A stretch of DNA of 64,000 bases. It comes from Clostridia bacterium. GTDB lineage: Bacteria > Bacillota > Clostridia > Oscillospirales > RGIG8002. Each line of letters opens with the position of its first letter. Position 1 is the first letter of the stretch. The notes under the pieces were generated by a model that was not told the origin of the DNA, ran no database searches, and saw nothing but the letters and a program-made list of their open reading frames with translations. Both the position numbers and the translations under genes were made by a program. Below are positions 45,169-55,836 of this stretch, in pieces. The stretch covers positions 2,163 through 66,162 of the forward strand of contig JAFZXI010000019.1 in the NCBI GenBank assembly GCA_017616855.1, written 5' to 3'.

Positions 45169-47286
45169 ATGACAAAATTAGTAATCGTTGAGTCGCCGAC
45201 AAAGGCGGCGACAATCAAAAAGTATCTCGGAAAGGGCTACATCATCGCCGCGTCCGTCGGACATATCCGCGACCTGCCGCAGTCCCGCTTCGCTATCGAC
45301 GTGGATAACGGCTTCGCGCCGGAGTATATCCCCATCAGAGGCAAGGCGAACATTATCAACGACCTTAAAAAGCTCGCGAAGTCGGCGGATAAGGTCTTCC
45401 TCGCGCCCGACCCGGACCGCGAAGGCGAAGCGATAAGCTGGCATCTCGCCACTTTGCTCAACCTCGATCCCGCGAAGGACGTCCGCGTCACCTTCAACGA
45501 GATAACCAAGACCGCTATCAAAGAGGGCATGAACAACGCCCGCAGCATAAACATGGACCTCGTCGACGCGCAGCAGGCGCGCCGCGTGCTCGACCGCATC
45601 GTCGGCTACAAGATCAGCCCGTTCCTTTGGAAAAAGGTCAAGCCGGGGCTTTCCGCCGGGCGCGTGCAGTCCGTCGTCGTCAAACTCATCGTTGACCGCG
45701 AGCGCGAGATCCGCGCCTTCGAGCCCGAGGAGTACTGGACGATCGACGCCGACCTGCTGACCGAGGGCAAAAAGCCGTTTACCGCCAAGTATTACGGCAC
45801 CGCGACGAAGAAAAAGGAACTCGCGTGCAAGGAAGACGCCGACGCCGTCCTCGCGGACATCGACGGAGCCGAGTTCAAGGTCGTTTCCATCAAACACGTC
45901 GATAAATCGCGCGCTCCGCTGCCGCCGTTTATGACCTCCACGCTGCTGCAGGAGGCCGCCAAGCGCCTCAACTTCACCTCGCAGCGCACGATGCGCATCG
46001 CGCAGGAGCTTTACGAAGGCGTCAGCATCTCCGGCCGCGGCACCGTCGGTATGATAACTTATATGAGGACCGACTCGCTCCGCCTTTCCAACGAAGTCAT
46101 CGCTTCCGCGAGAAGTTTCATCGGCGAGCGCTTCGGTTCCGCGTACTTGCCGTCCGCTCCGCGCCATTACAAGACCAAGAAGAGCGCTCAGGACGCGCAC
46201 GAAGCCATCAGACCCACGGATCCCTATCTCGTGCCGGCGGAAGTCAAGAGCAGTCTTTCTTCCGACCAGTACCGCCTCTATAAGCTCATTTGGGAGCGCT
46301 TCATTGCCTGCCAGATGACCAACGCGCTGCTCGACAATGTCAACGTCGACGTTCTCGCGAACCGCAGCATGTTCAAGACGAGCGGATTCACCGTCAAGTT
46401 CCCCGGCTTCATGTCCGTATGGATGGAGTCCAAGGAGGACAAGGAAGACAACAGGAAGCTTCCCGATATGAACGAGGGCGAAATCGCCGAGCTCGTCAAG
46501 CTCATTCCCGAGCAGAAGTTCACTCAGCCGCCGGCAAGATACTCCGAAAACACGCTCATCAAAGAGCTTGAAGAGAAGGAGATAGGCAGGCCGAGCACTT
46601 ATTCAGCGATAATTTCCACCGTCAGCAAGCGCGACTATATCCGCAAGGACGGCAAGTTCTTCGAGCCAACTCCGCTCGGCGAAGCCGTCACGGAGCTGAT
46701 GGAAGCGAACTTCTCCGATATCGTCAGCACCGAGTTCACCGCCGGCATGGAGGAGAAGCTTGACGAGATCGCCGCCGGCGAAAAGGTCTGGAACAGAGTC
46801 GTGGGCGATTTCTACGACGATTTCAAGCACGAGCTCACCACCGCAGAGGAAAAGCTCGGCGATACGCGCGTCAAGGTGCCGGACGAAGTCACCGACATCA
46901 TCTGCGACAAGTGCGGCAGAAACATGGTCATAAAGATGGGCAGAAACGGCAAGTTCCTTGCCTGCCCGGGCTTCCCGGAATGCCGCAACACCAAGCCGCT
47001 GACCGAGGACGCGATAGGCACGTGCCCCGTCTGCGGCAGCAAGATCGTCGCCCGCAGAAGCAAGAAGGGCGCGAAGTTCTACGGCTGCTCCAACTATCCC
47101 GGCTGCAAGTTCATGACCTGGGACGATCCCACCAAGGAATCCTGCCCGCAGTGCGGCAGCACGCTCTTCGTCAAACGCAATTTCAGATACCGCGTCGGCG
47201 TGCATTGTCTGAAAGAGGGCTGCGGCTACGAGCGCCTGAACAAGAGCTCCGGCAAATCTGCCAAGAGCGGAGAAGATAAGAAGTGA
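45169..47286 (+). CDS. topA: DNA topoisomerase I
   Basis: TOPRIM N-terminus LVIVESPTKAATIKKYLG, active-site region ITYMRTDS, three C-terminal zinc ribbons (CDKCGRNM..CPGFPEC, CPVCGSK..CSNYPGC, CPQCGST). Confidence 0.95.
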   Translation: MTKLVIVESPTKAATIKKYLGKGYIIAASVGHIRDLPQSRFAIDVDNGFAPEYIPIRGKANIINDLKKLAKSADKVFLAPDPDREGEAISWHLATLLNLDPAKDVRVTFNEITKTAIKEGMNNARSINMDLVDAQQARRVLDRIVGYKISPFLWKKVKPGLSAGRVQSVVVKLIVDREREIRAFEPEEYWTIDADLLTEGKKPFTAKYYGTATKKKELACKEDADAVLADIDGAEFKVVSIKHVDKSRAPLPPFMTSTLLQEAAKRLNFTSQRTMRIAQELYEGVSISGRGTVGMITYMRTDSLRLSNEVIASARSFIGERFGSAYLPSAPRHYKTKKSAQDAHEAIRPTDPYLVPAEVKSSLSSDQYRLYKLIWERFIACQMTNALLDNVNVDVLANRSMFKTSGFTVKFPGFMSVWMESKEDKEDNRKLPDMNEGEIAELVKLIPEQKFTQPPARYSENTLIKELEEKEIGRPSTYSAIISTVSKRDYIRKDGKFFEPTPLGEAVTELMEANFSDIVSTEFTAGMEEKLDEIAAGEKVWNRVVGDFYDDFKHELTTAEEKLGDTRVKVPDEVTDIICDKCGRNMVIKMGRNGKFLACPGFPECRNTKPLTEDAIGTCPVCGSKIVARRSKKGAKFYGCSNYPGCKFMTWDDPTKESCPQCGSTLFVKRNFRYRVGVHCLKEGCGYERLNKSSGKSAKSGEDKK

Positions 47287-48590
47287 AAGCGACCGTCATA
47301 GGCGCGGGCCTCGCGGGCTGCGAGGTGGCGTATTACCTTGCGCGCCACGGCGTCGACGTCGAGCTGTGGGAGATGAAGCCGGAACGCTTTTCGCCCGCGC
47401 ACGTCAGCGAGGGTTTTGCGGAGCTGGTCTGCTCAAACTCGCTCAAGTCGGACGATCCCGCCACGGCGTCGGGTATGCTGAAAGCGGAGATGCGCGCGCT
47501 CGGCTCTGTCGTGCTTTCCTGCGCCGACGTTACCTCAGTCCCCGCGGGCGGAGCGCTCGCCGTCGATCGCGAAGCGTTTTCCGCAGCGGTCACCGAGCGT
47601 ATCACGGCGTGCGAAAACGTAAAAGTCATACGCAAAGAAGCGCTTGAGATACCCTCTGAAGGCGAAGTCATCATCGCCACCGGCCCGCTCACGAGCGACG
47701 CGATGGCGAAGCGCATCGAAGCGCTTACCGGGGGAGAGGGACTCCACTTCTTTGACGCCGCGTCGCCTATTGTAACCGCGGAGAGCGTTGACGATAAGAA
47801 GAGCTTTCGCCTTGCCAGATACGGCAAGGGCGGCGACGATTATATCAACTGTCCGCTGACGAAGGACGAATACGAGGCGTTCTGGCGCGAGCTCGTGAAC
47901 GCGGAGACCGCTCCGCTGCACGAGTTCGAGAAGGAGTGCAAGGTCTTCGAGAGCTGCATGCCCGTGGAGATTGCCGCGAAGCGCGGACCGGACACGCTCC
48001 GCTTCGGGATACTCAAGCCGGTCGGGCTGATCGATCCCGCGACGGGACGCAGACCCTACGCGGTGCTCCAGCTCCGTCAGGACAACGCGGAAGGCACGCT
48101 TTACAACCTCGTCGGCTTCCAGACGAACCTTAAGTTCGGCGAGCAGAAGCGCGTTTTCTCGATGATTCCGGCGCTCGCGAACGCGGAGTTCGTGCGCTAC
48201 GGCGTCATGCACCGCAACACATACCTTGATTCGCCGCGCCTGCTGAATCACGATTTCTCACTAAAAAGCGACCCGCGCATTTACTTCGCCGGGCAGATGA
48301 CCGGCGTCGAGGGTTATATCGAATCCGCGATGAGCGGACTTGTCGCGGGCATCGCCTGCTTCAAACGGCTGAAAGGAGAGAAGCTCCCGCCGTTCCCGCG
48401 TGAAACGGGAATAGGCGCGCTGACGGCGTACGTTTCGTCCGAAAACGCGGATTTCCAGCCGATGAATATCAACTTCGGCATCCTGCCGGATACCGAAACG
48501 CATATCAGGGACAAAAAAGAAAAGCGCAGACGGCTTTCCGAACGGTCCGCCGAGGCGCTGAAGCGATACATTTCAGAAAACAACGTCTGA
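47283..48590 (+). CDS. trmFO: Methylenetetrahydrofolate--tRNA-(uracil-5-)-methyltransferase
   Basis: FAD motif VIGAGLAGCEVA, 435 aa, GTG start overlapping the topA stop, classic position after topA. Confidence 0.9.
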   Translation: MKATVIGAGLAGCEVAYYLARHGVDVELWEMKPERFSPAHVSEGFAELVCSNSLKSDDPATASGMLKAEMRALGSVVLSCADVTSVPAGGALAVDREAFSAAVTERITACENVKVIRKEALEIPSEGEVIIATGPLTSDAMAKRIEALTGGEGLHFFDAASPIVTAESVDDKKSFRLARYGKGGDDYINCPLTKDEYEAFWRELVNAETAPLHEFEKECKVFESCMPVEIAAKRGPDTLRFGILKPVGLIDPATGRRPYAVLQLRQDNAEGTLYNLVGFQTNLKFGEQKRVFSMIPALANAEFVRYGVMHRNTYLDSPRLLNHDFSLKSDPRIYFAGQMTGVEGYIESAMSGLVAGIACFKRLKGEKLPPFPRETGIGALTAYVSSENADFQPMNINFGILPDTETHIRDKKEKRRRLSERSAEALKRYISENNV

Positions 48591-48603
48591 CAAGGAGGAT
48601 ACT

Positions 48604-49605
48604 ATGAGAGTAATCATCGACGCATTCGGAGGGGACAACGCACCTCTGGAGATAATAAAAGGCGCGGTAATGGGCGCCGAAAAGTCCGACGTTGACGTCC
48701 TGCTCGTAGGCAAAAGCGACGAGATAAAGCGCATAATGTCGGAAAACAATCTTTCCGACAAGCATATCGAGATCGCGCACGCCGACGAGATTTTCCCGAT
48801 GGACGGCAATCCCGCGCTCGCCATGAAGGAGGGCGCCGAGACCTCGCTTATCAAGGGACTCTCGATGCTTGCCGCGGGTGACGGCGACGCCTACGTTTCC
48901 GCCGGCAACACCGGCGCGATGATGCTCGGCGCTTCGCTGATAGTCAAGCGCGTCAAGGGCATTCGCCGCGCGGCGCTTGCCACGCTCGTTCCCTGCGTCG
49001 GAGGCAACTACATGCTCCTCGACTGCGGCGCCACCGTGGAAGTCAGTCCCGAGGTGCTCACGCAGTTCGGACTTATGGGCAGCGTTTATATGGAAAAGGT
49101 CGAGGGACGCGAGAACCCGAAGGTCGGACTCGTCAACATCGGCACAGAGGAAAACAAGGGTACCGATTTGCTCCGCGAGACATATCAGCTGATGAAAACC
49201 GCCCCCTATAACTTTATGGGCAATATCGAAGGCAGAGATCTTCCCATGGGCGGCTGCGACGTCGCCGTCGCGGACGGATTCACCGGTAACATCGTGCTGA
49301 AGGTCACCGAGGGCATGGGCTTACTCGCGAAGCACTACCTGAAGGAAATGTTCGGCAAGAACTTTATGACCAAGGGCGCCGCGCTAATGATTTACAAAGG
49401 ACTCCAGGCGGTCAACAGCGCCATGGACTACGCCACGGTCGGCGGCGCTCCGATGATGGGCATGAGAAAGCCGGTCATCAAGGCGCACGGCAGCTCGAAG
49501 GCGCTCGCGATATGCAACGCCGTCAGGCAGGCGGTGCTTTACACCAAAAACAACGTCATCGGCATAATCGAAGAAACGATGGCGGCTGAAGGGTCGGAGC
49601 AGTAA
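48604..49605 (+). CDS. plsX: Phosphate acyltransferase
   Basis: MRVIIDAFGGDNAP..., GNTGA and PMMGMRKPVIKAHGSS motifs, 333 aa. Confidence 0.9.
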   Translation: MRVIIDAFGGDNAPLEIIKGAVMGAEKSDVDVLLVGKSDEIKRIMSENNLSDKHIEIAHADEIFPMDGNPALAMKEGAETSLIKGLSMLAAGDGDAYVSAGNTGAMMLGASLIVKRVKGIRRAALATLVPCVGGNYMLLDCGATVEVSPEVLTQFGLMGSVYMEKVEGRENPKVGLVNIGTEENKGTDLLRETYQLMKTAPYNFMGNIEGRDLPMGGCDVAVADGFTGNIVLKVTEGMGLLAKHYLKEMFGKNFMTKGAALMIYKGLQAVNSAMDYATVGGAPMMGMRKPVIKAHGSSKALAICNAVRQAVLYTKNNVIGIIEETMAAEGSEQ

Positions 49606-49606
49606 T

Positions 49607-50296
49607 TTGAACACCACGGACAAAACCGAGCTTCAAAATCGCATAGGGTATAAGTTCAAAGACGAGAGCTTGCTCATCAGGGCGCTCGTTCATTCCTCAT
49701 ACTCAAACGAGCATAAGGAGTTTGAGTGCAACGAGCGGCTCGAGTTTTTGGGCGATTCCGTGCTTTCGATAATTACCGCGGAGTATCTTTTTTCGGCGCT
49801 TCCGGGCTGCCGCGAAGGTTTGCTTACGCGTATCCGCGCCGCCCTCGTCAACGAGAAGGCGCTTGCGGAATACGCCGCGCAGATAAAACTCGGCGACGAA
49901 CTTTTCCTCAACAGCGGCGAGGAAGCGACCGGCGGCAGAAGCCGTCCGTCCGTCACCTCGGACGCGTTCGAGGCGCTGCTTGCGGCTATATACCTCGACG
50001 GCGGAATGGAAGAAGCGAAACGCTTCGTCCTGCCCTTCATCAGCGAGGGACTGCGCAAGCAGGAGAGTCGCCGCGAAGACGCGAAATCCGCGCTTCAGGA
50101 AATCGTTCAGCGCAAGAAGGGCAGCCGCATCGAGTACATTCTCGCGGGCGAGCACGGCCCGGACCACGCCAAGCGCTTCGAGGTTGAGCTGTATATCAAC
50201 GGCGTGATGATGGGACGCGGCGAGGCGTCGAGCAAAAAGGAAGCCGAGCAGCATGCCGCCGCGGAGGCCATCAAGAAGTATAACGATGAAAAGTGA
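49607..50296 (+). CDS. rnc: Ribonuclease III
   Basis: Signature NERLEFLGDSVL and a C-terminal dsRBD (..GPDHAKRFEVELYING...GEASSKKEAEQHAA). TTG start 1 nt after the plsX stop. Confidence 0.9.
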   Translation: MNTTDKTELQNRIGYKFKDESLLIRALVHSSYSNEHKEFECNERLEFLGDSVLSIITAEYLFSALPGCREGLLTRIRAALVNEKALAEYAAQIKLGDELFLNSGEEATGGRSRPSVTSDAFEALLAAIYLDGGMEEAKRFVLPFISEGLRKQESRREDAKSALQEIVQRKKGSRIEYILAGEHGPDHAKRFEVELYINGVMMGRGEASSKKEAEQHAAAEAIKKYNDEK

Positions 50297-51284
50297 AGCG
50301 AGAGCCGCGGTCTTCGTGCCGCACCTCGGATGCCCTAACGACTGCGTTTTCTGCAACCAGCGCGCTATCGCGGGCGTAACGTCGCCGGCGACGCCGGAGG
50401 ACGTTCACCTTGCCGCGGAGCGCGTAAGGAGCGCCGGAGCGCAGAACGCCGAGATTGCGTTCTTCGGCGGGAGTTTCACCGCGATCGAGCGCGGATACAT
50501 GCGTTCTCTGCTTGCCGCCGCTTCGGAGGAACTGAAAAAAGGCGGTTTCTCGGGTATCCGGCTTTCGACCCGTCCCGACTGCGTCGACGACGAAGTCCTC
50601 GATGAGCTGAAAGCCGCGGGCGTGACCGTTATCGAACTCGGGGCGCAAAGCATGCGCGACGCGGTGCTCGAAAAAAGCGGCAGGGGACACACCGCGGACG
50701 ATACGCGCCGCGCCTCCGCGCTGATAAAAGCGCACGGCATACGGCTCGGACTGCAGATGATGACCGGACTTCCCGGCGACGATGACGAAGGCGCGCTGTA
50801 CACGGCGAACGAGCTTGTCAAGCTCGAACCCGAATGCGTCAGGATATACCCGACGGTCGTGCTGAAAAACACCGCTCTCGCGCGCATGCACGAGCGCGGC
50901 GAGTACGTTCCGCAGACGGTCGAAGAAGCCGTTAAGCTTTGCATGAAGCTGGTCCGCGTCTTCGGCGCCGCCGGCGTGAAGGTGATACGCCTCGGCCTGC
51001 AGCGCACCGAAAGTTGCGAAAGCGACGTCGTCGCGGGCGCGTGGCACCCGGCGTTCGGCGAGCTCGTCTACGGCGAGCTTAAGTATGAGGATATGCGCCG
51101 CCGTTTTTGCGAAAGCCAACCGGAAAAAGGCGGGGTTTACGCCGTTTCATGCGGCAAAGAAAACGTCTCCGTTTACGTCGGGCAGAAACGCGGGAACTTC
51201 CTGCGCCTCGAAGCGGAGTTCGGCATTAAGATGAAAACCGACCTTTCCGGAGCGTATCCGGAGGGAAGCATAAGGAAACTATGA
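50286..51284 (+). CDS. Radical SAM protein (ELP3-like core, no acetyltransferase domain), function unknown
   Basis: CPNDCVFC (CxxxCxxC) near the N-terminus and a TIM-barrel-like core. Start set to ATG 50286, overlapping the rnc stop. Confidence 0.7.
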   Translation: MKSEARAAVFVPHLGCPNDCVFCNQRAIAGVTSPATPEDVHLAAERVRSAGAQNAEIAFFGGSFTAIERGYMRSLLAAASEELKKGGFSGIRLSTRPDCVDDEVLDELKAAGVTVIELGAQSMRDAVLEKSGRGHTADDTRRASALIKAHGIRLGLQMMTGLPGDDDEGALYTANELVKLEPECVRIYPTVVLKNTALARMHERGEYVPQTVEEAVKLCMKLVRVFGAAGVKVIRLGLQRTESCESDVVAGAWHPAFGELVYGELKYEDMRRRFCESQPEKGGVYAVSCGKENVSVYVGQKRGNFLRLEAEFGIKMKTDLSGAYPEGSIRKL

Positions 51285-51321
51285 CGAAAGGAGCGCCCCT
51301 CGGCAGGGCGGAAGACAGACA

Positions 51322-54300
51322 ATGAGGCTGAAACAACTCGAAATACAGGGCTTCAAATCCTTCCCCGACCGGCTCAACATGGGCTTCGGCAAGGGAATAA
51401 CCGCCATTGTCGGACCTAACGGCAGCGGTAAGAGCAACGTGTCCGACGCGATACGCTGGGTCCTCGGCGAGCAGTCGTCGAAGTCCCTGCGCGGCGTGAA
51501 GATGGAAGACGTCATCTTCAACGGCACCAGACGCCCCAACGGCACTCCTATGCGCAAGCCGCAGGGCTTCGCGGAGGTCACGCTCGTGCTCGATAACTCT
51601 GACCGCGTGCTTGCATACGACGATGACGAGGTCAACGTTACCCGCCGTTACTACCGTTCCGGCGAGAGCGAATACCTGATAAACAAAAAGCTCGTCCGCC
51701 TGAAAGACGTTTACGAGCTGTTCATGGATACCGGACTCGGCAGAGACGGCTACTCGCTGATAGGGCAGGGCAGGATCGCCGAGATCGTCGCCGCCAAGAG
51801 CGACGACCGCCGCGAGATTTTCGAGGAAGCGGCGGGCATCTCCAAATACCGCTACCGCAAGGAAGACGCCGAGCGCAAGCTGGCGCGCACCGAAGATAAC
51901 CTTGTCCGCCTCCGCGACATAATCAGCGAAATCGAGAGCCGCATAGGGCCGCTGAAGGAGCAGGCGGAGAAAGCGAAGCAGTACAACGCATTCCGCGACG
52001 AGAAAAAAGAGCTCGAGATCGGGCTCTGGCTCGTCTGGATGGACAAAGCGAAGAAAAACACCGCCGACTACGACGGCAAGATCGCCGTCGTCAGAGAGCG
52101 CTACGACAATATAATAAAATCGGACGAGGATTTCGACAAGCAGATCGACGAAGCGTTCGACGACATGAACCGCATCACCGCCGAGATGGATACCCTCCGC
52201 CGCGAGGCCTCGGGCTTCGACGAGAAGGCGTCCGAGCTGCGCGAGCAGGCGGCGCTGCTTACGTACGACGCGGAAAAGAGCGCCGAGGCGTCCGAGAAGC
52301 TGAAAAACGAAATCGCCGCCGCAGAGGAAAAGGCGAACGAGCTTTTCGCCGCCGTCGACGAGCAGGAGGGCAAACTTAAGGAAATCTACGCCGGACGCGA
52401 CGAAGTCTCCGCGCAGATCGAAGCGCTGCTCGCCGAGCTTGACTCCGTCGTCAGCGACGACGAGAAGGCGGGCGCGGAGATAAACGCGCTCGAAAGCAAG
52501 CTTTCCGCAAAAGAAATCGAGCTTACCGACCTGCGCATCGAGCTCAGCGGCTGCGAGCGTCTGCTCGACGAGTCGAAGCCGCGCGAGGAGCAGCTTGCGC
52601 AGCGCGAAGCGGAGGCGAAGGAAAAGCTCGCCGAAACGGAAAAACGCTGCGAAGCCGCCTCCGAAGTCAAGGAAGCGTGCGATAAAAAACTCCGCGCGAA
52701 TATCAACTCCTGCATGGGATTCGATAAGCTTCTCGAGGCGAAGCGCACAAAACTTTCGCGTTTGGAAGAGGAGCAGAACCAGGCGCTCGTCAGATGCGAC
52801 ACCCTCAAGCACCGCGCCGACACCCTGCGCGATATGGAAAAGCACATGGAGGGCTTTGCCGGCAGCGTAAAGAGCATTTCCGACAGAGCGAAGGCCGGAG
52901 TCGTCAAGGGCGTCATCGGCACTGTCGCGGAGCTTATCAAAGTCGAGCCGAAATACGCCGTCGCCGCGGAAACAGCCCTCGGCGCCGGACTCCAGAACGT
53001 CGTCGTCAAGGATGAGGAATGCGCCAAACGCGCGATTGACGTCCTTCGCCGCGAAGGGCTCGGCAGGGCGACCTTCCTGCCGCTGACCTCCGTCAAAGGT
53101 AAAAAACTCTCCGAAGCCGGAGTTGACAAGTGCAACGGATTCATCGGTTACGGAACCGATATTGTAACCCACGATAAAGAGTATGCCGGAGTTATCTCGC
53201 ACCTGCTCGGTACGACGGTCGTCGCCTCCGATCTCGACAAGGGAACGGAGATCGCGAAGAAGTATTCCTACCGCTTCCGTATCGTCACGCTCGACGGGCA
53301 GGTCATCAACGCGGGCGGCAGCTTCACCGGCGGCTCGCAGAGTAAGAGCAGCGGCATCCTTTCCCGCCGCAACGAAATCGACAAGCTCGAAAAGGAGCTT
53401 CTGACGGCGAAAAAGGCCGCCGACGAGCTTTCCGCCGCCGCCGAGGAGCAGCGCAACGCGCTCGCTTCTTCGCAGGCGGAATACGACGCGTTACGCGCCG
53501 AGCAGACCGCGCTCCGCGAGGATATACTCAAAGCGGAAGGCGAGCTGAGCCTGCACGAAGCCGCGCTTGAAGCGGCGCAGCAGGTTATCGAAAACGTCGC
53601 CTCCGAGCGCGAGAACGGCGAAGCGAACATCGCGAAGCTCAAGGCGCAGTCGGAAGCCGCGAAAAAGAGCATAGCCGCCGCAGAAAGCGAATGCGAAACG
53701 CTCCGCGCTGACCTCGCCGGACTCACCGAGGGCAGAAGCGGCATCGACGGCCGCCGCCGCGAGCTGACCGACAAGGTCAACGAGCTGAAGCTCAAAGTCA
53801 GCGAGGCGGAGATAACCGCCGCCGCGCAGCAGACGCGCATAAACGACACGAAGGCGCGCATCGCCGAACTTCATAATCAAAAAGACAACTACGAGCGCGA
53901 GCTGCGCGAAATCGCTGAAAAGACCGCGCAGTCTGAGGGCAAAGCGCAGGACGTCAGCGGCGAGATCGCCGAGCTGCGTCGGAAGGCGGAGGATAACCGC
54001 CGCAGAGCGGACGCGATGCTTTCCGAGCGCGAGAGCAGGGAACAGAGCATCGGCGTGCTCCGCCACCGCAAAGACAGCGTTTCCTCCGAACGCGACAGCG
54101 TCATTCGCGAGCTGACCACACTCGAAAGCAAACGCGCGAACATAGACGTCGAATACAAGAACATACTCGACAAGCTCTATGAGGAATACGGCATGACGCG
54201 CAACGAAGCGGAAGCCGTCGGCAAGCGCCCCGAGGAGTTGGGCAAAGCGCAGCGCCGCCTCAACGAGATAAAGAACGGCATAAAAGCCCTCGGCGACGTC

Positions 54301-54909
54301 AACGTCGGCGCCATCGAGGAGTACGCGGAGGTTTCCGAGCGCTACGAGTTCCTCGACGAACAGGTCGGCGACTGCGAGGAGTCGAAGAAACAGCTCCTCG
54401 GCATCATCAGCGAATGCACCGAATCCATGCGCGATATGTTCAACGAGCAGTTCGCCGTTATTAACAAGAACTTCGGCGAGGTCTTCACCGAGATGTTCGG
54501 CGGCGGCAACGCCTCGCTCGAACTCAGCAACGCCGATTCGCCGCTCGATTCCGGCATTGAGATAAAGGCGCAGCCGCCCGGCAAGGTCGTCAAGAACCTT
54601 TCGGCGCTGTCCGGCGGCGAGCAGGCGCTTGTCGCGATATGCATCTACTTCGCGATACTCCGCGCCCATCCGTCGCCCTTCTGCGTGCTCGACGAGATCG
54701 ACACCGCGCTTGACGAAGCCAACGTCGGCAAGTTCGCCGATTTCGTCACGCAGATGAATGGCATTCAGTTCGTCGTCATCACCCACCGCCGCGGCACAAT
54801 GGAGTCCGCGGACGTGCTCTACGGCGTAACGATGGAGGAGCCCGGCGTTTCCAAGGTCGTTTCGCTCGACATGAGAGAGCTCGAAAAGCAGCTCAAGGAG
54901 AAAAAGTAA
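51322..54909 (+). CDS. smc: Chromosome segregation protein SMC
   Basis: Walker A GPNGSGKSN, long coiled coils with a central hinge, signature LSGGEQAL, Walker B FCVLDEIDTALD; 1195 aa. Confidence 0.95.
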   Translation: MRLKQLEIQGFKSFPDRLNMGFGKGITAIVGPNGSGKSNVSDAIRWVLGEQSSKSLRGVKMEDVIFNGTRRPNGTPMRKPQGFAEVTLVLDNSDRVLAYDDDEVNVTRRYYRSGESEYLINKKLVRLKDVYELFMDTGLGRDGYSLIGQGRIAEIVAAKSDDRREIFEEAAGISKYRYRKEDAERKLARTEDNLVRLRDIISEIESRIGPLKEQAEKAKQYNAFRDEKKELEIGLWLVWMDKAKKNTADYDGKIAVVRERYDNIIKSDEDFDKQIDEAFDDMNRITAEMDTLRREASGFDEKASELREQAALLTYDAEKSAEASEKLKNEIAAAEEKANELFAAVDEQEGKLKEIYAGRDEVSAQIEALLAELDSVVSDDEKAGAEINALESKLSAKEIELTDLRIELSGCERLLDESKPREEQLAQREAEAKEKLAETEKRCEAASEVKEACDKKLRANINSCMGFDKLLEAKRTKLSRLEEEQNQALVRCDTLKHRADTLRDMEKHMEGFAGSVKSISDRAKAGVVKGVIGTVAELIKVEPKYAVAAETALGAGLQNVVVKDEECAKRAIDVLRREGLGRATFLPLTSVKGKKLSEAGVDKCNGFIGYGTDIVTHDKEYAGVISHLLGTTVVASDLDKGTEIAKKYSYRFRIVTLDGQVINAGGSFTGGSQSKSSGILSRRNEIDKLEKELLTAKKAADELSAAAEEQRNALASSQAEYDALRAEQTALREDILKAEGELSLHEAALEAAQQVIENVASERENGEANIAKLKAQSEAAKKSIAAAESECETLRADLAGLTEGRSGIDGRRRELTDKVNELKLKVSEAEITAAAQQTRINDTKARIAELHNQKDNYERELREIAEKTAQSEGKAQDVSGEIAELRRKAEDNRRRADAMLSERESREQSIGVLRHRKDSVSSERDSVIRELTTLESKRANIDVEYKNILDKLYEEYGMTRNEAEAVGKRPEELGKAQRRLNEIKNGIKALGDVNVGAIEEYAEVSERYEFLDEQVGDCEESKKQLLGIISECTESMRDMFNEQFAVINKNFGEVFTEMFGGGNASLELSNADSPLDSGIEIKAQPPGKVVKNLSALSGGEQALVAICIYFAILRAHPSPFCVLDEIDTALDEANVGKFADFVTQMNGIQFVVITHRRGTMESADVLYGVTMEEPGVSKVVSLDMRELEKQLKEKK

Positions 54910-54924
54910 CCGAAAGGCAGCACA

Positions 54925-55836
54925 ATGGGATTATTCGATAAACTCAAAAAAGGTCTGAAAAAGACCAAGGATTCAATATTCTCCGGCATCGGCTCGGTGC
55001 TCAAATCCTTCACCCGCATCGACGAGGAGCTTATGGAGGAGCTTGAGGAGATACTCATCACCTCCGACCTCGGCATGCCCGCGACGGAACACATCATGGG
55101 CGAGCTCCGCGCGAAAATAAAGTCCGAAGGGCTCAAGGATCCCGCCGACGTCACCGGCGCGCTCCGTCAGATAATGACGGAGATGATGGAGGATGAGCAT
55201 ATCGCTCTGAAGACCGATACGAAGCCCTCCGTCATTCTCGTCATCGGCGTCAACGGCGTAGGGAAGACGACCTCGATAGGAAAGATTGCCGCGATGTTCA
55301 CTTCGCAGGGCAAAAAAGTCGTCGTCGGCGCTGCGGATACCTTCCGCGCCGCCGCCGTTTCGCAGCTCGAGATATGGGCGGAACGCGCGGGCGCCGCTAT
55401 CGTCAAGCGCGCCGAGGGCTCCGACCCCGCCTCCGTCGTTTTCGATACCCTTTCTTACGCGAAGGCGAATAACTGCGATATCGTCATCTGCGACACCGCG
55501 GGGCGCCTCCACAACAAGAAGAACCTCATGGACGAGCTGGAAAAAATGTCGCGCATCATCGAGCGCGAATGCCCCGGCTGCGACAGGGAAAACCTGCTCG
55601 TCATCGATGCGACCACAGGCCAGAACGCGCTCATTCAGGCGCGCGAGTTCTCCAAGGTCACGCACCTGACCGGCATCGTGCTGACGAAGCTGGACGGCAG
55701 CGCGAAGGGCGGCATCGTCTGCGCTGTCAAGCTCGAAACGGGCGTGCCCGTCAAGTTCGTCGGCGTCGGCGAGCAGATTGACGACCTGATGCCGTTCGAC
55801 CCCGAAATGTTCGCGAAAGCGTTGATAGAAGAATGA
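54925..55836 (+). CDS. ftsY: Signal recognition particle receptor FtsY
   Basis: G1 [19 protein letters not shown]; 303 aa. Confidence 0.95.
   Translation: MGLFDKLKKGLKKTKDSIFSGIGSVLKSFTRIDEELMEELEEILITSDLGMPATEHIMGELRAKIKSEGLKDPADVTGALRQIMTEMMEDEHIALKTDTKPSVILVIGVNGVGKTTSIGKIAAMFTSQGKKVVVGAADTFRAAAVSQLEIWAERAGAAIVKRAEGSDPASVVFDTLSYAKANNCDIVICDTAGRLHNKKNLMDELEKMSRIIERECPGCDRENLLVIDATTGQNALIQAREFSKVTHLTGIVLTKLDGSAKGGIVCAVKLETGVPVKFVGVGEQIDDLMPFDPEMFAKALIEE

Noticed and set aside
51226-54786. 658-aa and 431-aa minus-strand ORFs opposite smc; similarly 59602-61833 opposite leuS, 57871-59493 opposite the LCP gene, and 45178-46200 opposite topA
   Set aside because: Antisense to genes with unmistakable catalytic motifs. 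Their composition is typical of GC-rich shadow ORFs.
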